Position numbers and translations under genes: made by a program. This document shows positions 33,225-45,362 of a stretch of 64,000 nt of DNA, piece after piece (the stretch's first letter is position 1; each line of letters starts with the position of its first letter). The notes below the pieces were generated by a model that was given only the letters and a program-made list of their open reading frames with translations, made no database searches and was not told the DNA's origin. The DNA comes from Dudresnaya verticillata (lineage: Eukaryota), in assembly GCA_977862235.1 (NCBI GenBank), contig OZ374566.1:186001-250000 (forward strand). Direction: 5' to 3'.

Positions 33225-34870
33225 TGCAGGCTTCACAACCAATTTCCAAATGAAAATGCGGCATGTCTCTTCACCCCATTAGGCACATTCTCGCGAAACA
33301 GTACCAGGAAAACGTGGACAAGTTCGTTACCTTTGGAATGGGACTTTTGAGCAAATACTTACGGACCACTGTTGGGAGCTTCCAGGACGGTCAGTATCTT
33401 TGAATGACCGTGTTCTGTCCAGAACTCTGGACTCGTCTTCAGCTTGCTAGAGTCTTGTAAAGAACTAATGACAGGCAGCTGCAAAACATTGTCTTCTCCA
33501 TGGCCATGTTGTGGATGCCTCGTGGAGCTGGAGCTGAGGTTACCCAGCCCACCAGCCCGGGTGTTTTTCAATCTTCAGGTACAATGTGTTCTGATGTAGT
33601 ATATTCTTCATCCGTCGAGTCTCCATTGGTGGCTTGGCTTCATCAGATCACCCCGAAAGGCTAAGAAACTTCCGTTATTAGCTGGAATTGCCCTCTGCCT
33701 TTCCCTCTGCCCTTTTGAAACGACGGGTCTTCTCTGATCTTAGCGTGTGGAATATTCATATAATAATATCGCGTATAGAGTTTGACGATTTGCACTCGCA
33801 CAAAAGAAAGGCAGTTGCACGCTAACGCTTTTCGGATGCAGCAGCGCCCGCATCAGAACGAACAGCACGACCTCGGTGTTGCAATTGCGCGCCCCGTGCC
33901 CGAGGCCAGTTTACTGCCCACACCAATCAACGATTGGCGTGGGCAGCATGGGGTTGCCAGCGACCGTCCCACGATCGTAACGCTCGAACTCGGGTGCCGT
34001 GCCCCAGAGTTCAGGCTTCCTGCGCCATTCTCCTCCTTGGGGACTACATCCATAGGCCACTCTAGAAATTAGTCAATCTTGTTCTTCGTGCCGTGCTGTC
34101 TTCTCCGGCTCAGCAGCCCTCTCCAGCCGACGGCCTGCAAGACTCTCTCGACCAAGAGACTGTCATTTCCTCGTCTTCCATGCTTGTGGCGCATCGGACA
34201 GGATTTCCCTCTCCCTTTACAGTGCTGAACAACGGTTTACAGTTTTGTCCACACCGTTGACGAATGGATATATGAGGTGCTGGGCATCACAAGAGACAAG
34301 CTGCAATGTGTTTCTTGAGCCTCATTTCACGAGTGGGCAAGCGTGACCAAGCATAACGTAGAGAACAAGGATGTGCGTCTCTTCAGCAAGATCCATTTTT
34401 GGGACGCGTGATGCATCAAAATGGAGTAGCAACGCGCATGCGATTTTTGACATTCTATCTAACAGTAATCGTTCTCTTCAACAAGGATTTACTACCACCG
34501 CTTGCATCGTCTTGACGGGTTCGGACTCCTCTTGGACCCACTGCGCAACACACAACGAGCGGATATCAGAAGCGCCTGATAAACAGACTAGGCTGTATCG
34601 TCAGAGCTTGTCCGCTAAGGCTTGCACGTGTTTCACTACTTGACACGAGGTGCGGTGCGCTGTTGGCTTCGACGCCTATCTACTCATCTGTGAGAGGTGG
34701 AAGGGGGGCCCAGAAAAACGATCTCGCAGTGGCGATGGGTTCAAAGTCTTGGAGGACTTCTTGAAGGGCATCAGTTGCCGTAGACTAGGAATGTACCCCC
34801 ACTTCAAAAAAGCTGGAGAATCAGGAGTCCCCACGGCGCTTGAAAGTGATTCTGGAAATCAAACCCAGGT
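33225..34870. repeat. Diverged segmental duplicate, copy A (copy B at 39730-41250), containing decayed ORFs
   Basis: Shared blocks TACTTACGGACCACTG, CAGCTGCAAAAC, GGATGCCTCGT, AATCTTCAGGTACA, CTGATCTTAGCG, CTCGCAGTGGCGATGGGTTCA in the same order and orientation. Confidence 0.8.
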
Positions 34871-36619
34871 TGGGGACGGCTCTTCACAGGGCATGCCAGG
34901 ACGGACATCAGCTATTCGGAAATTCTTGTTCCGACGTTTTAGGATATCTGTGGAGGGTGTGTCACAAGGGCGAGCGCTGTAATCAGTGTGCAATGACAGT
35001 GAGTCCCACGTTGTTTACAGATGTGATGTTACTGTGAGGTTACCGTGAGGTCGCATATTGGCGGCGCCATGAATTGTAATCCGCTAAAAGGATCGTGCAA
35101 AGGGATCGGCCCACGAGCCGACCGGCTGTAATATCCACGCCGTCTGGTTTGGAATAGGGATGGGAATGGGAATGGGAATGGGCACAAGCACCTCTGCGTC
35201 GAGCTGAATTCATCATGTTCGAGCTTCACGTGTGTCACGTGGTACTGTTGTATATATCACCCTTTATCACAAACAAATGGGAATCCCAGGAAATGGAAAC
35301 TGCGGAATGGGACACTAGTGTGGTTAAACGGATCAATAAATCGTCTATGGGCAGTATCTGTGCCAAATTGATGAACAACGGATGACAGTGTGGAAAGTGT
35401 CCTGTTCTCAGCAGCCCGCGTAACTCCTCTCGGACGTTACGGAATCTGGCGACGCCCATATCATTCAGATTGATATGATTCCAGTCTGGGCGTCGGTGTG
35501 TACTTCCGTTGGACGTCAACTCATTCTACGACATGCCTGATGACCGTGACAATGATGATGGTACGCACACCGACACTGGCGCCCAGTCGAACACGGCGTA
35601 AGCCACATTGTGCGCGCTACGATTGCGGTGGTGGGCGACAACTCACAAACATAGCTACCGAAGTCCGTCACGGGCCGGCTTTGAGAGCTCTATATATGCG
35701 GAATTTTGATAGTGTCGCGTATTCGCATTTCGCCCTGCATGCTTTCCGGCCCTCGCTATCGCTTTTGAGAGAGGCTTGTGCCAGCCATATAGATTTCCGT
35801 ACGGTGGAACCCCGGTAATAGCAACCCCTGATAAGCGCAACCACGCGTTTGCTGCAACCGAACCCCATCCACCATTTTGGTTCCTCCCCAAAAGTAACTA
35901 AGAAACAAGATTGTTGCAAATCCCGTTTGCTGCAACTGTCGAAGACGATGCTCGAACGTCAAAACAGCTCTTTTCACCACTAATGACCGCGTACGATACA
36001 GTACTGTACCGCTATCAACGGTACAGCAGGTACAGTACACGACAAATAAAGCGCAAAGAGGTACTAAAAGTTACGATACCTCCCGCTGTAGTGCAACCTC
36101 CGGCTAATTGCAACAGGACCCCATCTCTCGATAGGTTGCAGCTATCGGGATTCCACTGTACCACGCTTTCGAGGCCGTATTACCGCCAAGCAGTGCCAAT
36201 ATGCAGATTCCTGTAAGAAAGCCCCGAGCCTAATCCAAACGCCTTCAACAACAAAAAGAAAGCGGATGCTGCGGTCATCACAATTGATGAAACAACATTG
36301 AAGGCAATTCCAGCGGCACCTTTGCAGGGCGTAATTTTTTGGAGACGCCCACATCATAGCACTAACATTCTTTATCCTTTCGCCTCAAGAGGACCCCAAC
36401 ACCCGGAAAGGGATCTAACCTATTTCTTGCCCTCGCGTTGTATGGCTGGCAAACCTTGTCTTCCTCCTCTCCGTCGAGGTGGAGCAGCCGCATTTAACAG
36501 AGTCTAGCCCAGCTGTTCGCGGACGCTGTCGCAACAGAGGCAGAGACCGCAGGCGGAAGCAAGGAGATGGAGGCACTAGTTTGAAGTGCCCCTTAATTCA
36601 TACCCCTGGTATATGTGTA

Positions 36620-36790
36620 GCTGGGTTCCAGCTCCCGGTGCCAGAAATCCATTTCATACATGGCACAAAAACAATAATCTAAATAAAATTCCCTGCACGT
36701 CTGTCGGCGACAAAAGCGTTTACAGACTGTAAGTCGTGCTTTTCTGTAAGACCTATCCAGCATAGTCTGCCACAATGCTGTCTGTGTCGC
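36620..36790. repeat. Dispersed non-coding repeat homologous to 44790-44960
   Basis: AAATTC.CTGCAC..CTGTCG, GACTGTAA, CTGTAAGAC.TATCCAGCA.AG.CTG.CAC.ATG.TGTCTGTGTCG present at both loci. Confidence 0.75.
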
Positions 36791-38186
36791 CCACATCGGG
36801 TCAAGCACAGCTGTCAGGATCTCAGAAAAACACATCCTGTAACACATCCAACTGCTGGTAAGGTGGAATGGTGAGCGGAAGAGAGGGGCTGATGAGCAAC
36901 AAGGGTCATCGAGACCGCAGTCGGAAACGGCAGAAGCTGTGGCAGTCTTTTCGATGGCGCACATCCATTATCGTGTGTACTACACACTTTGTAGGCGCGA
37001 AGCTGCACGGTGACCTGCTACTGCAGCCGTCCGCTTGTAGTTTTGGCTAGACAGCAAGCTAACCTGCGTCGAGGACCTGCCCTTGCGCCGCGCGTCTATT
37101 GCATTATTTGCACCAACGTGACCTGTGGCTAAAACCTGAGTTAGCGAAATATTGCTGGACATTTATCCACTCGAGAGAGCAAGCGAGCAACTTCACCGCT
37201 TCACAATCAATCAAGGTCAGGTCCAACGGTGCTTTAACGCGATGTTCGCCTTCAAGCAGTATAGCGCGTCGGTCTACGATCTGGTCATGGAGTTTTGGCG
37301 CTTATCAGAACGGCAGCTTATGTTTTCTTTGTGGCCTGCATCAGTTGGTTCCTCCACATGAGGTGAAGCATTTCAAAACTCTGGAAGCGACATGGTATGC
37401 AGACCTGCACAACACTCACGCACAGCACGGTTCGGGTCATGGGCGCATTCGCAGGAAAACAAACTCGGATATGTGTGCAAATATGTAACATCTTGTTGGA
37501 CTGTAACACAAAGGAGTTCGATATCCCGTTCTTCAACTGAGCACCGCAAAAGACTTGGAGCTCGTTGCACAACTGTACACAAAGATTGTCCTCCTGAGCA
37601 GGAGTCCAACATATTTACATAACACATCAGATGTCTTAGGGGCACATAAACATTCCGAACCACATACGCTCGTGTATCCTGTTCTCTTGCTGATGACCCC
37701 ACAAATGAAGAATGGAAGCAACACTTGATCATACATGAGGCTTGCGCAAGGCTATTCTGTTCCAATTAAGCCATCGAGCTGGGGGGCAAATCGATGCCTG
37801 CTCCGGGGTCGACAAAATCTGTCACAACTGTTGCTGGATTATTGCGTAACCAGCACCCTCGCGTAGTGTCGGCTGCATTGAATTAAAAGAAGAACAAACG
37901 AGTTGGCCCGCATCGGAAATGTTGGCCTAGTGGCAAGATTGAAATTGAACCTGCAAAAGGCTAGCGATGTTATCGTGATAACGATCACAGCGGCCTCTCA
38001 TCGCGATGTCGGCCCGACATCATGTCCCTCCCCTTGCAAGCCTTATGCATCAGGCCTCACAACATTCATGAACATGCTTTCCTCTCACCAAATATAAATC
38101 ACTCTTCATCGAAGCCGTTATACGTTTTGAGGTAGTCAGAACAAACGTGCCCTGCATCCGATTGTGTTAGTGTGCGCACTGGAACC

Positions 38187-38659
38187 TCAAGGTGCGTTGC
38201 CCATAACCAACTGTACGATCTCGGTCATCCCGAGCTTCACCGCAGCCTAGCTCCGGGAATTGTTGCAATAAGAGTTTGGAGACAAACAGTGTTAGTACGC
38301 ACAGATCTTTCAAAGGGGCCCTGGGAAAGGTGTAGGTATTCGTGACGTACCACTGCAAGATCGGTTCGATCAGACCCCACCGTGGCTACGAAGTTTCGCT
38401 TCCACACCAACTCCTCTGCATCCGAAATGTGTATAAACGTCTTCATGGTTTCCCAGGTGCAGTAGTCGATAATCTTGGACAGCACGTTCGAATTGACAAA
38501 GCGAACAGGAAAGGACATGCCACTGGGGTTCAAAATCGGAGCGAGAACATCCGAAACCACCGGAATATATTCAGCGACAAAAGCCGGGGTTTTGAACTTG
38601 CGACCATCCTCGCTCTCAAGATACACACTCTCTCCCCATAAATCCTCATACAGAGGCAT
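38187..38659 (-). CDS. Divergent, C-terminally short SKP1/BTB-POZ protein (two exons: 38659-38351, 38246-38187; 122 aa)
   Basis: VYLESEDGRKF, P..VNSNVLSKIIDYC, W...FV. Splicing restores DLAV/AAVKLGM, equivalent to LIL/AANYL.I of SKP1. Confidence 0.75.
38247..38350 (-). other. 104-nt spliceosomal intron
   Basis: GTACGT donor, TACTAAC branch site (38297-38291), TAG acceptor; phase 0, just before the SKP1 'AA' motif. Confidence 0.75.
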
Positions 38660-38799
38660 GATGCTTCTTGGAATGGACAGAAGAGAGATCAACCAAGTTT
38701 CGGAACACGGTCCGGAGGAATGTCAACGGCAACAGGCGGGTGGAGGGGTGAGGGTGGAGGAGCAGGTGAAGGGGCGGGGGTGGAGGGGTGACGCGGAGG

Positions 38800-38890
38800 G
38801 CTTCCTACAGTGTTGGGTGACGGCTGTTCCGCGCTGATAAGATTTGCCAGGCACGATTCTGGCTCTAAGTTGAGAGGTGAAATATTTTTA
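38800..38890. repeat. Upstream element of the SKP1-like gene, homologous to 44737-44825
   Basis: TGTTGGG.GACGGCTGTTCC...GATTTG.CAG.CA.GATTC.GGCTC.AAGTT shared between the loci. Confidence 0.75.
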
Positions 38891-38915
38891 AAAGTTGGAA
38901 ACTTTTGGAAAGTTT

Positions 38916-38967
38916 CAGTCTGTGATGCAGACACAAAAACTTGTTGTTGTGTCTGCATCACAGACTG
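38916..38967. repeat. Perfect 21-bp hairpin, 10-nt loop
   Basis: CAGTCTGTGATGCAGACACAA / TTGTGTCTGCATCACAGACTG. Confidence 0.9.
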
Positions 38968-39729
38968 CACGTGCTGCAGTTCTGTACTACTCGCATTCTT
39001 TCAAGTGATAATCCTGCCCAGTTCAGTAGTACCGGTGTTGGTATCCGACAAGTTACTTTCCTGTAAAGGTTGTGCGTGTCATTTATTGTCCCCTACAGCT
39101 AACTGACATTCACGGTGGGAAAGAAGCTCACCATCCGCTGGAATCCTGGAACGTTTCCAGATCCACCAAAATGACACTATGCCAATCCCCGTCTCTGCCT
39201 CCACTATTCCCGAGCTCGAAGCCGTTTCAAACCCTCATCCGTCTGACGTCACCATCTGCTCCATCTGCTGGACAACGAATGATATCCGAGGTGCATGAAA
39301 ACATGGCCTCGAGAATCCTCCGGTTCCTAGATAGCTCCAGTGCACCCCAGCATTTATCCATAGTGTTGCTCCTTCGGTTTATCGTCACCTGCTGGTACCA
39401 CCCTAAATAAGAATAGTAAACATATCTAAAGACAGAAGCTATGCATCGTATGTATCGCATATCGGTGAAAAATAGGCTGGTTTGGGTATCATGTACCATC
39501 TTGTTCTGTTCCCTCTCTCACTCATACCCAAGTGCAGTTCCTCAACAAGTCTGACCGGACATTAATCCGTACACGCTTCCAGAACCGGAAGCTGTTCTTT
39601 TCCTACACTCACAATACTTTGGGCAATTTCCAGGCCCTTTCGCCTATGCTACCGTGGACCTTCCTTACATATCACTGGGAAGGCAAAGTACTTCCATTGC
39701 CTCATCGTACGCCTTTTCTTCAAGAGATA

Positions 39730-41250
39730 GGCCGGCTTCAAAACCGATGCCCAAATGCAAATGGGATATGTCTCTTCTCCACGTTGCGCACATTTTAGGA
39801 AAAAGGTAGAGCCGAGCTCTAGCTTGGAAGCTTGTCCATTTGGGCAGATACTTACGGACCACTGCTGGGAGTTTCTAGGACAGTCAGTGTATTTGAGTGC
39901 CTGTTTTTTGGGTTCTTCTTCTGCTTGCTCTAGCAAGTGCTAGAGTCTTGTTTAAAAGAACGACAGCTGCAAAACCTTGTCATCACCATGGCCAGGTTGT
40001 TGGATGCCTCGTAGGTGTGCTCAAATTAACCAGTCCCCCAGCCCGGATGTTTCGTAATCTTCAGGTACACTTTTTTATGGTGCAGTGGATCCTTCAGACA
40101 TCCCTTGGATCTCCCAAAGAGCTAAGGCACCTGCAGTGTTAGCTATTCATGAGTAAAGTTGACCTCTCTATCTTGTTAGCTTCTATTGACGTCAGAATTG
40201 CTCTCTGTCCCGTCGATACGTCGGATCTTCCCTGATCTTAGCGCGTGGAATAGTCATAAGGCGTAAAGAGACAAGTTCCAATGCGAATATGTTTCCTTGG
40301 CCTCATTTCGTGCCTGACTAGCCACATGCGTGTGCTGCTGCTAATGCTAATGATGCCAATGCATGTTGATGGAACTCATTTCAGGAAATGGATGTTTATG
40401 AAAAGAAGCACATAAGGAAGGAAGGAAGCCCCACTAACAGGGTACCGCGCCGAACCTCTCCGATCTTCTCCGTGTCTGGCGCCGGCGCCGCGACTCGCCG
40501 ACTAGCACGACAGACTCCTGGCCATCCGCTGGCACTTGGGAACCTTCCACATTCCCCCTTCCTGCCCTGCCAAACGTACAACCCTTCGACCCCACACCCA
40601 AGCCCTCCATCTGATCTCCAAGCCAGACACCGCACCCGACGAGCTACACACCATTGCCTGTTCCATCGCCGCCATCCGCACCCTGTGCTCTGCAGAGTTC
40701 CCCTATCTGAACACACCGACAGCCGCCCAATCTTAGATAACCACCGCTTCCCTTTCCCCCTCTCCGGGGTACACGACAGTGACAGCCCTCTTTCACTGCA
40801 GCTGACCCTGGTGTGCCTCCACATGGGCCTTTAAGTCGCCCGAGCGGGACCACCTAAAACAACCAATAAAAGTTTACCATCACATAGGCATCCATGGCTC
40901 TAGACATCCTACCCAATGCTAATCACGCTCTTCAGAAAGGAATTACCATCTTGTACTCTGACGCTCTACTCCAGCCCCTGGACGAGTGTGTGGGACCTGT
41001 TTTGATCGGTTTGATATCCTCCGAAGACTTCTGAGAAGGTTGGTTTGCACTGAAGAGTGTTTCTGTGGACCCACAAAGCTTTGTCCAAATGGGGCCCAAT
41101 AGCAGGAGCTCGCAGTGGCGATGGGTTCAGATTCTTGGAGGTGTTTACAGAGGACTCCTCAATGGGCTGTTGCAGACCAGGAATGAGTCTCCACTGAACA
41201 AAATCGGAGATTCAGGAGTATACAGTGCGTTTGGGAGTGATTCTGGCCCT
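39730..41250. repeat. Diverged segmental duplicate, copy B, interrupted by a LINE fragment
   Basis: Collinear with 33225-34870; lacks about 33.76-34.3 kb of copy A and carries 40435-40871 in addition. Confidence 0.8.
40435..40871 (+). mobile_element. 5'-truncated 3' end of a LINE
   Basis: Encodes HDRLLAIRWHLGTFHIPPSC...IAAIRTLC and ends ATGGGCC..GTCGCCC..GACCACCTAAAACAACCAATAAAA. Confidence 0.75.
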
Positions 41251-41284
41251 CACTGTAGAATGCTGCTCGTTCCCAACGGGCTCT

Positions 41285-42351
41285 CCGCATTCTGAATGAC
41301 AAGGTTGACATACGGGGCCATTTCCTCCTTTTCCAAGACGTGGGATGCATTTCGTGCGCTGACGACGGCCGCTTCTCCCAGTACCAGAGCCTGCCTAAGG
41401 GGGCTCAGAAATTGAACCTCCTCACCAAGTGCAAGGTGCACCTCCTCGTGCCCATCCTTGGTATCACTGCCATCTTCGCCTCCCTTTTCCGAGGCAGTCA
41501 ACTCAGACGCATTCTCGCCCGTCAGCTGAATATAGTCAAGCACATCCGAGTCATTCACCGCCACGTTCTTCGGCAATGGAAGGCTGGCAATTCCCTGCTG
41601 ATCTGCACTCGCAGAAAACAAAGTTGTGTTCGGAAACTTCACAGCGTCTGCCTGTGGGGCTTCCGTACCAGACAAACTGGCTGGGTCCAAGTCTCCCGCG
41701 CGCTCAAAAGCGCGCGCAACAAGCTGGACAGTGGACTTGGTCTGGTGTTTCATGCGGACTCCCAACTCGCCCGATATGTGAAAGGCGATATTCTCCTTTT
41801 GACAGTCTTCCTTGAGACTATCCAGAGCGCCATCCCCGTCATAGTACATGCTCCTCGAAAATTCCAGTTCGACCACTAATCAATGCCTCCCGACTCTCGC
41901 CTATCTCGAGATAGGCGAGAGTCGGGAGGCGTGGATCAGTGGGGTTGGCCGGATCCATAGTGTACACAAACAGAGAATCTTCGTCGCAAAAGACAACGCC
42001 CTCGGCCGTCGGGGCGGGGAGCAGAAAGTCTTCTTCTTCCTCCTCTTCGACCAACCTCGACTGTCCCACCGCTCTGAATGCCTCTCCTGGCAGCGCAAGG
42101 CGCTCGCGCGCAAGAATCACAGGATTGCCAAGAAATTAGGCAAACATTGCAAAAGCGTTTTGTCCTTGTCGCCCTCGCACACCAGGATTTCCTTGCTCGA
42201 CCCCTCTCCGAGCCTCCGAGCCTCGAGCGAGACAGGGGGCAAGCGCGGATCCGCGGCGGACGAGCTCGGGCGTGGAGTGGAGCAGGATGGCGCGGGTTGC
42301 ATGCAACAAGGAGAGGCGGCGGGCCAGGCGGGCGACATCCTCTTCATCCAA
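41285..42351 (-). pseudogene. TTC27: Internal fragment of a TTC27/EMW1-like gene, frameshifted
   Basis: FHISGELGVRMKHQ...QLVARA, LPKNVAVNDSDVLDYI, LSPLRQALVL and LEKEEMAPYV match the pre-TPR region of TTC27/Emw1; the TPR half is absent. Confidence 0.65.
41885..41930. repeat. Perfect 46-bp palindrome with no spacer
   Basis: GCCTCCCGACTCTCGCCTATCTC|GAGATAGGCGAGAGTCGGGAGGC; both strands translate LPTLAYLEIGESRE. Confidence 0.95.
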
Positions 42352-42501
42352 GGCGAGCAGCAGTGCCGCGGAGTCGTTGTGGGCAGCCGGAGCTGCGACA
42401 GACTCCCCGGAGCTGAGGTCGGGACCGGTCCAATTGGCACGAAGGAAGGCGTGCAGCAGTGTATACGGCGAAGAGGTGGTGGGTGCTGCCGGCTAGTGAT
42501 G

Positions 42502-44030
42502 TTTGATTTTAATGGTTGTTTAGGGTGGTCTTGTGCGGGCGACGATGGCCCATGGGCAAGCACACCGGCAAGCTACAGTTGTTAAGGTTATTCTTGATGA
42601 CATCCATTAAAAGTATCCTATCACCGGTAAAGGGGGTGGAGCTATCCTTCGGAAAGGGATCAGTTACGTGGGGACCGACTGGGTTGTGAGTGGGAAGTAG
42701 ACAGGGGAAACGCGTGACTGCAGGCGTCCTGGATAGATGAGATCGTGTCGGAGATGGCGGAGAGATCAGCGGGAAGTGGTTCTGTGAGCGACAGGGCTTG
42801 GAGAGATTGGGCGAGGGGTCGAACTTCCTCGCGGGCAATTGGGCAGGGCAGCGGAATAGGGAACGTCCCCAGGTGCAACGGCGGACGGATTGCTAGTTTC
42901 CTGTCTCTGTGGTCTGGTAGCTCCAGGGCTGGTGGTAATCGATGCGAGTTGTAAATAGTTGTACACCGGGGCAGGACGTCGACCAGATACCGCCGCACGC
43001 CATTCCTGTAGCAGCAAGTCGCGGAGTTCTCGCCGCGTTCGGGATTGTTCGGATGCATCCCAGCAAGCAATACGCGGTGTGGCCTGGAGAGCAGAAAGCG
43101 TTCTTTGGGCATGCCAGGAGGCAGGAAGCGCTGCTAAGCCGGCGAGACGTTGTAGCGCAGCGCAGAAGCTCCGTTGCACGATCTTCTGGCGAAGGAGAGG
43201 AGGTTCGAGGCGGAAGAGGGCTCTGAGCTTCCGCAAGCGTTGGGCAGACATTCTAGACGACCTCTGGGAGATTAGAAGGCGGAAGAAGGTAATATCCAAG
43301 CTGTAAATCGCGCAGCATACAGCTGGGGTGTATGGGGTAATGGCACAGCCGTGTTCGTAGACGGGGCGAACAAATGTATGGTAGATATTACGAGCAGCGT
43401 GTGCGGGCATCTCGGAGGAGATGTGGCCTAATGAGACAAGTGTTCCAAGTTGGCGCTTCGCAGCAGCTATGCGTTGTAGGGTCGCTGAGTCCAAAGCCCC
43501 CTCCGGCGAGATCTGGATGCCAAGATAGCGCGCGTCGCATGTGACGTCGATTGGTTGGCCATCAATGAGGAATGTGGTTGAGCTAGGGCGTTTGCGATGT
43601 CGTTTCGGGAGGAGGATGGCACACTTGGGGGCAGACCATTGCATTCCATTCTGTTCGGCCCATGCTTGGCATACTTTAAGCGCAGCGCGCAGCTTTGCCG
43701 GGTTGCCAACATGGAGAATACAGTCATCGGCAAATAGGCGGCCCGGCGGGTTTTCGTCGGTGGACCCGAGTGCACTGCAGAGGTCGTAGGCCAGGGAATC
43801 GATGAAGAGGTTGAAGAGGATTGGGCTTAGTGGGGATCCCTGTATCACGCCGCGTCGTACTTCTGCACTCTCGTTACTTGCATCACCTGCCGTGCGGATT
43901 TGTATTGCCACGAGGGTGTTGGCGATCATGGCAGTCAAGTGCGGTGGCAGCCGCTCTTCACAGCATGCGAGTAGCTTATGTCTTTCTACTCGGTCATTTG
44001 CGCTCTTCAAGTCTAGTACACCAATGTAGC
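42502..44030 (-). mobile_element. Non-LTR retrotransposon (LINE), 5'-truncated, reverse transcriptase to 3' end
   Basis: LDLKSANDRV, GVIQGSPLSPILFNLFID, LFADD, KC, YLG, FVRPVYEHG; frameshift near 42965; A-rich 3' end at about 42502. Confidence 0.92.
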
Positions 44031-44369
44031 TAGTGCGGCGCGCAGCGCCGGTACTAGCAAAGAAGACCTTGGAGGCACCGCTTCAACGGATTAGACGGCG
44101 TCGTGCGCCAGCCGTGACGACGCCAGTGAGGACGCGGTCGGCGGCGACGTGACGATGGAATAGTCTCAGCGCGCCACCGCGGCCGCGTCAAGAAGCCCTG
44201 CTGCGAGCAGGGCGGATTCTTCTGCCATGACCAGCAGCCGCTCGAAGTACGTGACTGGCAGCGCCGGCGAAGGGACCGCTTGGGGACGGCGACGAAGACG
44301 GCCAGGGAGGTGGGGTCGGGACGCCCAGCGGGAGGGCCGCGGCGCGGTGCGGAATGCGGGTCGGACGCG

Positions 44370-44600
44370 GGGTGCTTGTCAAGAAAGGCCTGCAGGGTCT
44401 CGACGGCGGCATTGGGGACGGGGCGATCACCCGGGCGCTTGGGCCCGCAGTGGTCATTGAGCGCGATGAGGTCGACCGGCGGCGACGGGCGGAAGTCCAG
44501 GTCAGATGGGACCGGCCACACCGGGCGTGTTGCTGCCACGGAGTGCACATCGAGAGTATCTCGTACAGCACGAAGGCCAGCGCGTACATGTCTGCGCGGG
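44370..44600 (-). pseudogene. Protein kinase C-lobe fragment
   Basis: ADMYALAFVLYEILSMCTPW (subdomain IX) and frameshifted PVDLIAL..HC...PGDRP (subdomain XI). Confidence 0.6.
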
Positions 44601-44736
44601 CGGCGGCGGCGGGGCGTACGGTACGCCGGCAGCGGCGGTGGGGGGGTTGGGGCCAGGCGCGCGAACGACCCGTGCAGCACGACTGCGCGCGGCGATGGCG
44701 CGTCGCTGTAGCTGTGGCTGGAGGGGCGGGTGGATA

Positions 44737-44960
44737 GCTTCGCAGAATGTTGGGCGACGGCTGTTCCCCACTGGTACGATTTGGCAGACAAGATTCCGGC
44801 TCAAAGTTCAGCGGAAAAGATTTTCGTCTATGACACAAAAATAATCACGAAATCAAATTCTCTGCACCTCTGTCGTGACAACAGCGTTGACCGACTGTAA
44901 ATCCGTACATAGCTGTAAGACTTATCCAGCACAGCCTGTCACGATGTTGTCTGTGTCGAT
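44737..44960. repeat. Longest copy of the dispersed upstream element
   Basis: Left part matches 38800-38890 and right part matches 36620-36790. Confidence 0.75.
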
Positions 44961-45274
44961 CGGACTGGTCCGCCGTAGTACATCGTACGTCCGATGAACC
45001 TTTCTCCACTGCTGGAGATCCACCGACGGGTTAACTTGCCGGAAGTCCGCAGCAGTCCACTAGCAAATCTGCCGATCCATGCGCCCCAGCCCCCTCCGCC
45101 CACGAATCAGAGACCTACCGCATCAGCCGCCAGCCGTGCTGCTGCCACGAGGCAATTCTGCATCGCTTGCTTCACACTACGCAATAGCGCCGCCGCAGCG
45201 GGTGTCTCCCATCCCACCTCGCCCGCACTCATTCTCTACACTCTCGCGGTCGCCGCGGCGACAGCCTTGCTGCC

Positions 45275-45362
45275 ACTGTCACTGCAGACTTTTCCTTCGC
45301 CGCGACCTAGCCGACACCACCGCTGGCTAGGTCGCGGCGAAGGAAAAGTCTGCAGTGACAGT
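45275..45362. repeat. Perfect 38-bp hairpin, 12-nt loop
   Basis: 45275-45312 is the exact reverse complement of 45325-45362. Confidence 0.95.

Noticed and set aside
35990..36040. Recurring TACAGTA/TACTGTA motifs in intergenic DNA
   Set aside because: Short and common; enrichment cannot be shown without counting
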